Assembly (NCBI GenBank): GCA_050613775.1
Contig: JBODTK010000125.1
Coordinates: 1-64,000, forward strand
Direction: 5' to 3'
DNA length: 64,000 bases
DNA from: Neocallimastix sp. 'constans'
Taxonomy: Eukaryota
Below the pieces are notes generated by a model, which searched no databases, had not been told where the DNA came from, and saw only the letters and a list, made by a program, of their open reading frames with translations. Within the stretch, counting starts at the first letter, position 1. Each line of letters begins with the position of its first letter. Below are positions 32,857 to 44,268 of this stretch, in pieces. Position numbers and translations under genes: made by a program.

Positions 32857-35440
32857 TTATACATTTTGGTTTGCCTTAATTTTACGAATCTGGTTAATAC
32901 TTTTTTCGAAGTACTTCATTAAAAGATATAATGTTCCTGATTGTTCATCAACCTCTGAAAATTCATTTTCACATTGGGCATAATAGTCCATTGATAATTT
33001 ATATAATTCTTTACTGATCTCTCTTACAGTCATATACTTAACTTCACCTAATTTAAATTCAACTTCAATTTCCCCTTTATCATTTTTTCGATTTTTTACA
33101 GTAGAATCAGTAGAATTATATGAATCTCCACTTCCTTTTCCTTCCATTCCAAAAGGTCTTGAATATTTTGGTTGCGATTTTGTTGTTATTTTATTTAGAT
33201 ATTGTTGATTTTTAATAATTTTATTAAGTTTTAACATATCTGGATTCGTACTTTTTAGATTCATTAATTTATTTCCTAATCCATATTTAATAGTTGTTGT
33301 AGGATCATCCAATAAAATTTCACTTGATTTAAGAATTTTACCATTATTCATATTTGTATTATTATCATTACTAAAAATCTTCGAATTTATAGGTTTTAAA
33401 TATTCACTAAGTGAATTTGATTTTTGTTTTTGACTGTCATTAAGGGAGTTTGATTTTTTAGATTTTTGATTGTCATTAAGAGAGTTTGATTTTTTTTGTT
33501 TTTGACTATCATTAAGAGAGTTTGATTTCTTAGATTTTTGATTATCATTAAGAGAGCCTTTATCTAATGAATAACCCAATGAATTATTACTTTTTTTTAT
33601 TTTAAAAAAATCAATAATATTAGTCGGTTCATTTCTATTTAAACTTTTATTTGAATTACCGATGGAAGAATTTACACTATTATAAAGAGAATCATGTATA
33701 TTATAATATTTTATAAATGTATTGCCATTATTTTGAAGATTTTCAGATGATATAATATTAATAAATTCTTTTTTAAAATTCTTTTTTTTTGCTTTTTCTA
33801 TTTTATTTTCACATTCAATTACCGCCTTGTCTATGATATCATTTTTTCTCTTTTTCATAATTAAATCCAAAAATTCTATTGTTAAAATTGCATTTGGAAT
33901 TGAAAAAATCATATTAGCAATTAATACAATACATCCATTAACTATTTTTCCTTGGAAGGTTGCAGGAGTCAGATCACCATACCCTATACACTGAATAGTA
34001 ACTACTGCCCACCAATATGAGTCAATAATTGAATTACTTTTGTTGTTGTTGTTGTTGTTATTTTATAATAATATTATTATAATTAAATTTTGAATTTTTT
34101 GAAAATAATTTTTATATTTATAATTTTATATATTTATAATTTTATATATTTATAGATATATATAAGCAATATTTATAAATAATTATTATAATTTATAATA
34201 TGTATTAGTATTTTTATTTTAGTATCAAATAATTAAATTTAATGCTTAAAAAAAAGAAATATTAAAAAAAATACACTCGACACTCTTCAAGTTCATTTTG
34301 GCTGTTATATCTATAATATTTCTATTTAATAATTATTGATATATTATTTAAAATATATATTAAAATAAAATATAAAATTAGGAATTTATATATAAAAACA
34401 ATAAGAAGGTAAATAAGTATATAAAATAATTATCATATAACTATAAATGAATAATACTTCTGTTTGAGTATCAAATTCACAGTCATATGTTTCGGCAAAG
34501 AAAAAATATCCAGAAAAAAAGATTATACCCCACACAGATAACATAATTGTAGATATAATGCCTTCCTTTGAATTTTTAAATACTTGTAATAACATATCTA
34601 ATTTTAAAAATTTTGAAAACCTTGAGTGAATTATATAATAACCAAAACGTATTAACCGAGTATACTGTAAAACAGAAATTATAATACTAAGCTTTGAATT
34701 ATTATATATTTCACTTTGACTTTTATTAATAATCATTCTAGCAAATAACGGGGTAATATCTAATATTTATATATTAAGAGTCATTTAAATATATATATAA
34801 ATATATATACAATTATAATAAAAATTGATTATAAATCAAGTATAAAAATAAATTTTTATTTTATATATATAATATGTTTTAAATAATTATTCATTTCTAT
34901 ATTAGTATATAGTATATATTAATCAGTATTTAATCATAATAAAAATATAATATAATTACTTAACAAGCATATAATCTCCATTTTATTTAAAAAAAACTTA
35001 ATCAAATGTAACAAGGTTTTCTTTTTTTTTTTCTCTTTTTTAGTATTATGTTTATTAATGACATTTTTTATTGTAATAATTCTATATTGTCTTTCACTCA
35101 AATTTAAAAATGAAGCTTTTTCATTATAGAATTCATCCATTCGATTATAAGTAGTTATATCAAAAAATGTATATAAAAAATATCTAATTGAAATTTCAAG
35201 TATATAATATATTGTAATTAAGTATTCAATAATTGTGTATTTTACTTCTTGATTCTCTCGAAAACTTGGAATTGAAAATGCATAAAAAATATATGAGGCT
35301 ATTAATGTCACAAAAAAATTTATAAAATTTACTAAATTTAGTATGTAATTTTGTGAGCATAACTGACTATCATATAAAAGTACTGTTAAGACATTTATAG
35401 TTTGTTTAGCTATATTAACATCATTATTTTTTGATGACAT
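32857..35440 (-). CDS. 6TM Kv-type cation channel paralog D (filter QCIGYGD)
   Basis: Exons 35440-34960, 34759-34458, 34321-34275, 34036-32857. S4 VLQYTRLIRFGY; pore/S6 NSIIDSYWWAVVTIQCIGYGDLTPATFQGKIVNGCIVLIANMIFSIPNA. Closest paralog of C (shared FFFAETYDCEFD and GEVKYMTV.EISKELYKLSM). Confidence 0.92.
33406..33557 (-). repeat. Coding 36-bp tandem repeat (about 4 x SLND[N/S]QK[S/Q]KKSN) in channel D C-terminus
   Basis: ORF 32857-33912 translation shows SLNDNQKSKKSN-SLNDSQKQKKSN-SLNDNQKSKKSN-SLNDSQKQKSN-SL. Confidence 0.9.
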
Positions 35441-35547
35441 CTTTTATAATTAACAAATAGTAATGCTTGTATATATTTTACAACGATTTGATTTAAATTA
35501 TATTTTATAGGAATTCCTATATTTAAAGTGAAATGCATAAATTTAAG

Positions 35548-35583
<36 letters not shown>

Positions 35584-35964
35584 CATTGACTAATTTATTA
35601 CTACTATATAGATATATATTGATAAATGATATATTTATTGTATTTAAATCAATTATATATAAATTCTATAAATAATTGATTTTGAAGAGCAATATTAATT
35701 ATTGAATCATACAAATTAATATTTATGTCATGTTAAATAATTAATTATTTAATCAAATTGTATCTTCTATTGGATTAATTGCTTTTCCAATTATATTTTT
35801 TTTTACGATTGTTCAAATAATTCAAATAATTCCCTTTGAATATTTAAAAGTCAATCCATATTATTAAATATTATATATATTATCCAGATAAAAAAAAATA
35901 ATAAAAATAAAAATAAAACAAAAAAAAAAAAATAAAAAATAAATAAATAAAATAACACAAAAAT

Positions 35965-35999
<35 letters not shown>

Positions 36000-37083
36000 T
36001 TAAAATAAAATTCAAAGTCTGTAATAAATATATAATAAAGTTTTCAATAAAATAAAATTATAAAAATAATAAAGTTAATATCTACTATAAAAAAAAGAAA
36101 AAACTCACCCATAATTAAAATCAATTTTAAATATTATAATAATTTTTAAAAAGGGAAAAATTTTTTATATAAGTAAACTTTATATTTTTTTATATTTTCA
36201 TATGTTAATTTTTATAAATTTAAAGAATTATGAATAATAAATAAAACTAAAGAGAAATAAAACAGCAAAAGTAAAATTTACTAATAATAAAACGAAAACT
36301 AATATATACATTAAATTTTAATATTGTTTTTATTAAAACTTTATATTAAAAACCATCATTATATATTATATTTAAATAATGATAATCTTAGAATATAATA
36401 GTTATTTATATTATTTAACTTTGAGCTGTTTTTACTCAATTACTTTATATATATTAAATTAATATTTAAATTTCATCTTTGTATTAAAACAAATGGTCAA
36501 AACTGCTGTGATTTTATCAACAAACAATGCATAAATATCGACAAATATATGCAAATCATACCTATTATTGTTCAAGGCATTCCATAACCACAACAATTAT
36601 TATTAATATTATTATTATAAACAAAATTTAATTAATAATAAAGAAATTTTTATATATTATTTTATTCTATTGGTAATTATAAAAATTATATTTATCTTTT
36701 TTATATTTTTAAAAATTAATAATTTTCTTTTTTTTTAATATTAATATATTTTTATGGAAAAATAAATAATAAATATAAAAGAAAAACTGATGATGATAAT
36801 AATAAAAAATAATAAATAAATAAAAATAATTTCAATTCATTATTATTTATTATTTATCATAAAAATTATAATATATAAAATTATATATGTATTTTTAAAT
36901 TCAGTTATATTTTATAAATATATCATTTTGTATATAATGATATATTATCATAATAAATATAAAAAAAATAAAATACAATGAAAAAAAATAATTTAGAAAA
37001 TTCTCAAATTATTATATTTATACAAATATTTTGGATTATTACTTTATTATTATATACTTAATACTAATTTTTTTTATTATAAA

Positions 37084-37517
37084 TTTTTTTTTTTTTTTTT
37101 TTTTTATAGACTGAAGACTTTGGTCTTCCCCATATAGTAATATGGGTGTATGATTAACTGCCATACCGGTACGGCGTCGACGCTCTCAACTCCCCATAAG
37201 CAAAGAAACTCCATATAGAAGCACCCTACGCGATCCTCGAGGGAAAGCAGAGCCAACTATAGGTGGCGTCCTTGCCATCCCAGAGGAGCTGGACACTGTA
37301 AATCCTCTCAGACAAGGCTTACGCAATGGGATTCTAATAGTGTTAGAAATATAGAAAACTTAGAAAGTATACCTACCTGAGTATCGTTTAACCCCTAACC
37401 TTTCACGCAAAACCCAAAGGGAAAAATCGTGAAGATATGATACTTGTGGGGGTCGATCCAGAGACCTTTGGTATGATAAGCCAACGACTTAACAACCCAG
37501 GATAAGAACTGGATGAC
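37084..37517 (-). mobile_element. tRNA-derived SINE-like element, copy 2
   Basis: Minus-strand head TTGGC-TTATCAT-ACCAA-AGGTC-TCTGG-ATCGACC has tRNA anticodon-arm/variable-loop/T-arm spacing with a B-box-like GGATCGACC (37451-37459). 3' hairpin GAAGAC-CAAA-GTCTTC, then AGTCTAT+A22. 14-bp TSD TTTTTTATTATAAA at 37070-37083 and 37518-37531. Confidence 0.82.
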
Positions 37518-37652
37518 TTTTTTATTATAAAAATTACAGAAAAAATGTTTCAAAATAAGCAATACAAACATTTTATTTCATTTTATTTACTTATTTTATT
37601 TATTTGTTTATTTTATTTATTTATTATTTATTTATTTATTATTTATTTATTT

Positions 37653-37684
<32 letters not shown>

Positions 37685-38536
37685 TTTTATTTATTTATTA
37701 TTTATTTGTTTGTTTATTTATTATTTATTATTTATTTATTTGTTTGTTTGTTTACTTATTATTTATTATTTATTATTTATTTGTTTGTTTACTTATTATT
37801 TATTATTTATTATATTTATGTGTTATTTATTTATTTATTTATTTATTATTCTATTATTATATTATTATATTTTGTTCATTTATATATTTATTTATCTATC
37901 TATTTATTTATTTATTTAAAAATTAGTTTTACAAATAAATTTATCTTTATATTAATTGTATTACCAATATACATAATTAAATAAATATTAAATAAATTTA
38001 ATATATTAATATATAAACATATATGAAATATTTCAATAATACAAAAAAAAAATAAAATAAAATTATAATTTTATAATAAGTTTTTTTTTCAAAAATTAAA
38101 AAAAAAAAAAATAATAAAAAAATAAAGTTAAAAAAAAACATAAATAAAATTATCAAAGCAAAGCATTAATATAATTTAAAATAGCAAATTTGATAGAATT
38201 AATGATTTTATTAAATAGGTTTAAAAAATATAATACTAGTATTTATGTTGGTTGTATATAACATTGAATTTTGTGATTAATTCCACATTTTTTTTTAACG
38301 AAGATTAATTAATAAACGAATATATATTTATATTCTTAATTAATTTTATTAATCCCCTATCAATTCAGATTTTTATATACAATCTATTAAACATACTAAG
38401 TTTTCTTCTTTATATAAATATAAATAATTATTTATTATAAATATAAAGCATAATAATACAATAGTACAATAACAACAATATTAATAATAAGATAATATAC
38501 AGTAAAAAAAAAAAATAAAAAAAAAAAAAAAAAAAA

Positions 38537-40020
38537 ATGAAAAATAATAAAGAACCCTTAAATGATATAAAAAAGCCAGTAACTCCACATCAATCCCATT
38601 TACCAAATTTTCAAGATTTACCAAATATTCCAATATATACTGGAACTTTTAATCAAGAATTAATTTTTCAAAATGTTAATGATTTAACCTCATCTAATAA
38701 TAATAATTTAAAAACTCAAACGTATGCTAGTTCGTCAACTTTAAATTTAAAAGATGAAAATATTTATCGTAATAAACGAAATATGTTAAAATCTACAGAT
38801 AGTCTTTTTAATAGTAATGTTAGTTTAAATTCACCTGCAAGACTTGGTGGTAGTAAATTATATTTACCAGGTAGTTCATATAATATGAATGGTAGTCGAA
38901 TGTTAGGACCAGGAGCTATTAGTTTAAATACTCTTAATATTGGAGCAAATGAAAATGATTTTTATAATGATGATTTAGATAATGAAAATTATTCATTTAT
39001 ACATCTTCTTAAAACTCAATTTTTCAAAATTGCAAGAAATCCAGAAAATTCAACCATTGCCACCTTCATGAATTATCTTATAACATTTGACCTTATTTTT
39101 CTTATTATTGCTAATTTATTATATTCAGAATTAATATGGAATCATACGAAAAGACAAGAAAGAAATTGGCACATCGTACTTTTTATTCTTAATGCATTTT
39201 TAACAATAGAATGGATTTATAACTTAATTTGTCATCCTCTTCAATTAGAATACAAACAAAAAAAAGAAAAAGAAAGAGAAAAGGAAAAGGAAAAAAATAA
39301 AGATAAAAATAAGAAAGGAAAAAAAGGAAAGGATGATGATTATTTCTTTTATTCAACTTATACTGATAAAAAAACTAAAAAGAAAAGATTTTACCATGAC
39401 TGGAAAGTTTATAAATTTATTGCACGTTATAAAGGTTATTTCAAATGGAAAGGAACAATTAATTTATTAGGTAAAAAATTTACTAAATTAAAACATTAAA
39501 GGTATATGTTATATAAGTACTAATTTAATATATTAATTATGATGATAATAATAAAATAGGTATTTTAGCATTTTATATTGAATTCTTTTTTCCAGAAACA
39601 CGTTTTCGTGGAAATAAGGTTTTATATTGGATACCAACCATCTTAAGTGAATTCCTTATTATTCGTTTATTCTTAAGAATTGTACATATGAAAAACGGTT
39701 TTGCTAAGCATTTTAATATTGTTGTTAATTGTTTAAGAGATAATAGTAAATTTTTATTCAATGTTTATACTATATTTTATTTGGGTGTATTAGTTATGTC
39801 ACCAATCTATTATCATAGTGAAATTTTTGGTTCTAAATTTGATCCAAAACAAGAAGTAAAAAATAATATATAAATATTTATATAATACATAAAATAAAAT
39901 AAAATATTTTTTTTTTTTTATTAATTCTAATAATATTTTATACAATTATTAATTTTTAAAGAAATGGATTTCAGTAGATTCTATGGGAGAAGAAAAAGAA
40001 GCATCTGTGTATGTTTTTTT

Positions 40021-40053
<33 letters not shown>

Positions 40054-40580
40054 AAATATTTTATATTGTATATTATTAAATTCTAGAATAATGTTAAATT
40101 AATAAAATTTAAAAAAAAAAATTTTTTTTCCTATTTTTTAAATTAATTAATTTGAAATAATTTTTAAAATAATAGGCATTCTATCGTTGAATCGTCTTGG
40201 TGGGCAGCGGTTACTATGGTTTGTATAGGTTATGGTGATTACTATCCATTCACGGTATATATTACATTTTAATAAAATATATAAATAATTTGAAATTCAA
40301 AAACTTTTAATAATTCTATAATATAAATGTAATATTAAATACTAAATAATAATATCGTCATTTAAAATAATATGTAGGTGCAAGGAAAAATAGTTGCTTT
40401 CTTTGGTATTATGGTAAATAATAAATATTTTTATATATTTGATTTTTATCAAATGAAAGAGTATAAAGAATTAAAAAAAAAAATAAAATAAAATAAAATA
40501 AAATAAAAGAGTTTCTTATTGAAAATAAAAAAATAAAGTTTATTAAAAACTAATTTATTTATTTATTTATTTATTTATTT

Positions 40581-40676
<96 letters not shown>

Positions 40677-41362
40677 TATTAATTATAATTGCAATATTTA
40701 TTATTTAGTTTTCTATGTTCTTATTCTTAATTCCAAACGCTATTTTATATGCTACATTTGCGGATGATTTCTCTAAAGCTAATCGTGATGAAGCAATTAA
40801 AAATGCAATTGATGAAAGTAATAAACGTTATAGAAAAAGACAAAAAAAAATGTTTAAAAAAAGAAGAGAATCAACTTTTCTTTCAAGTCCTTCGTCATTC
40901 AGACCAAGAAGAGATGAAGATATTGATAATCTTTATACTATACCAAAGAAGGCAAGTGCAGATGATCATGAAGGTCTTCCAGAAATTCTCTATATGATCA
41001 AAAATAATATTAAGAATGAAGAAACTACTATTGAAGATATTAGTGATAACGAAGAGGAGGTTCATATTTTAAAAGATAAAGATGAAGTTGAAAGTTTGAG
41101 TAGTCTTGATAGTGATGATAAATCAAGAAAAGAAAGTCATTCAAATCTTCAAACCACAACAGAAGAAACTAACACTATTAGAGAAATTAATAGTGAAAAA
41201 TTAGAGGAATTCTATGATAATAAAGAAGACATTATCAATGAAATGATGGATTATTGTGAAATATGTGATAAAGAACTTGTTAAAACTTCACAAAAATTAT
41301 ACACATTAACTAAGATGAAAAAATATTATGAAATTTTGATAAAAGAATATTCTGAAGTATAA
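38537..41362 (+). CDS. 6TM Kv-type cation channel paralog E (filter VCIGYGD)
   Basis: Exons 38537-39470, 39560-39855, 39962-40008, 40176-40254, 40378-40413, 40709-41362. Pore HSIVESSWWAAVTMVCIGYGDYYPFT; S6 VQGKIVAFFGIMFSMFLFLIPNA; S4 WIPTILSEFLIIRLFLR. Confidence 0.92.
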
Positions 41363-41518
41363 TCATAATTTTATAAAAATAAAAAAAGAAAATAATAAAT
41401 ATTAAAATAACGTAAAAAGTAAAGAATAAAGAATAAAGAATAAAAAAAAAATTCAAAAAAAAAAAAAAATAAGAGTTTAGAAAAAAAATAAGTTATATTA
41501 TACCGAAAGAAATTATTG

Positions 41519-41555
<37 letters not shown>

Positions 41556-43947
41556 GAATAAAAAAATAATAATTATTAATATTAATAAATTGTAATTCAG
41601 TAAAAACTATCATAGATAAAATAATTAAATAGGCAAAAGCAATATAAAAAAAATAATAATAATAATCATTGTTTATATTTATTACAACACAAATAATTTA
41701 TTAAAATATAATAAAATCAATAATTTTTATCTTAAATTGCATAAATAAAATGAATAATATATAAATATATATTTATGTTTTTAAAAATAATATATTAAAT
41801 TATTATTATTTTCCATATTTATTATTATTATTTTAAAAACTATATAAAAATTTAACTTGATGTATTAATAAAATAATCTATATAAAAAAATACAAAAAGA
41901 AATAATAAAGCCAAAATATTTTTATATATATTCATAATAAATTATTAGTAAATAAAAATTATTTATAACTTTATAAATATAATTGATTATTTAGAATGCC
42001 AAATCGTTAGAATTTATTTACCATAAATATCATAATAATTATAAGAACTCTTTTTTTTTTTTTTAATTTTTATTACTTTATAGTTATATAATGTTTAATT
42101 TTATTTAAAAAATATTTTTAAATAATATAATCTATAAGTAATAATTCAATTAATTATAATGTTTTAATATTTATAAATTTGTATAGCTTATTATTACTTA
42201 ATAACAATAAATTGAAGCGTCATAATAAATTTATTTTCATATATTTATCGCATATCACATATCACATATTTTTTTTTTTTTTTTTATTTTCTTTTTTTTT
42301 CTATTTTTATTAATATATCAAAAATTCCCTTCAATAAATTAAGTTACACAATATATTAGAATTTTAAATTGAACTAAATAATTATAATTAATTATTTAAT
42401 AAATAAATTATCAAATATATATAATTGATAAAAATCAAAAATCTAAAATCTAAAACTCTCCAAAAAATATAAATTAAAAATGACATTATCAACTACTTTT
42501 ATTAAATAATAAAAGTTAATTGATAAAATTCATTTATAATAAAACTTAAAAAAAAAAAAAAAATTAAAATTTTAAAAATATAAAATTACTTTCTTCTACG
42601 TTAAAATATTTATTTTTATTTTTTTATTTTTTTTTATATATATATATATATATATTTTTTTTTACCATGTAATTTATAGTTATTTCTTTTTTTAGTGTTA
42701 ATATTACAATGTTAAATATTATATAGGGAATTACATAATTTCAATACTACAAATTATATATATAATAGGATACATAGAATATGTTGCATTTTAGATTGTG
42801 GCTTAAAATAAAATTTTAGATTCTTAATTTAACGCCTCACATCTTTATTTTATTTTAAATAATTTGTAAATAAATAAATGAATTAAAGTAGAAATAAATA
42901 TAAATATATTAATTTTTTATATTTTTTATTATTTATTAAATATTTATTTATTTATGTAGTATAATTTAAGCCACTTTTGCATAAACGTTTTATTTAACTA
43001 CACCATATTATAACAAAAAATGTTTCAAAAAACCACGTTCCAAAATACAATGTTCCAAAATGTAACACTCTGTTAATCTAGTATAAAAAATAGAGGATCC
43101 TGTATTTTTCAATGTGGCTTACGTATATTTTAAAATAAAGCCGTACATTTTTAAGATATTCTATACAATTATAAATAAATATATAAATAATTACTATTTT
43201 AAAAGAAATAATAATATATTTTATTAAAAAAGAATTATAAAAAATTATTTTTTGTTTATAAAAAATCATTATTACAATTGAATATTAATAAATTATATAT
43301 AAAAAAAGAATATTTATTATTTACTTAATTATTATTTATTTAATTATTAAAAACACGCCACATTGCTAAATTCATTATTATGAAACGAACTAGAATCAAA
43401 AAATATTTCAATAACTAACCCTTAAATTAATACTTTAATAAAATTAATAATTGAAAGAATTATAATTTTATAATTTTCTATATTTTTTCTTTTTGTTATA
43501 GACCTTTTGACCAATAAAAATTAAAAAATTTCTTTATATTCTATTAAATATAAAAATAATTCTATACAATATATTAAAAATATATTGAATTGAATTAATT
43601 TTTAATCTGAATTTCAAAAAATTAAAAAAAAAAAAATTAAAATTATCAAAAATTAAATAATATTATTATAAATTTTCATAGAAATTTTTTTTTTCTTTTT
43701 TTTCTTTGCACTTCTTTTCAAAGAAAAAAAGTTTATATTATTTCTTTTATATAAATAAAACGAAATTTTAAAATTAAAAATTAATTTTGTTATATTTTAT
43801 TTTATTAAAATAATAAAAATAATATTTATTTTTTAATTAAATAAAAATAAGTCTTATTTATTTAAAAATTATACCATAATACAATAAAAAAAAAATATTA
43901 ATAATATTAACAAAAGAAATAATTTATTAAAATTAAAGCGAAACATA

Positions 43948-43983
<36 letters not shown>

Positions 43984-44268
43984 ATTAATTTAATACTTAA
44001 CCTATATAAAAAATGTAAATATTTAATTTTTGTTTATAGATTTTTTTTTTTTTTTTTTTTTTTTTTGAAGAATTAATAGTACAATTTATATGAAATTTAA
44101 AAAATATATAGTTGTAAAATATATATATATAAATAAGAATGAAATTGCTTTTATTAAATAATATAATTATTAATATTAATAATATATACTTTTTCTATAT
44201 ATTTAAATATATATATATTTTATTTACACATTTATTATTATATTTTCAGTAATATATATATTTCAAAA

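Noticed and set aside
37111..37130. CTGAAGA resembling a hammerhead ribozyme core
   Set aside because: No stem II followed by GAAA; the bases are part of the GAAGAC/GTCTTC hairpin and lie on the strand opposite the poly(A) tail.
37388..37400. TAACCCCTAACC telomere/telomerase-template-like motif
   Set aside because: Imperfect, under two units, and on the antisense strand of the SINE-like element.
37440..37517. Possible functional tRNA-Asp gene
   Set aside because: Acceptor and T stems do not pair properly; better explained as a SINE head.
37545..37984. Hydrophobic ORFs rich in Y/L/F/I
   Set aside because: Translations of degenerate (TTTA)n microsatellite.
42777..43070. Possible degenerate MITE (GTGGCTTAAA/TTTAAGCCAC inverted pair, GTTCCAAAAT repeats)
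   Set aside because: Matches are short and no convincing TSD or paired termini were found.
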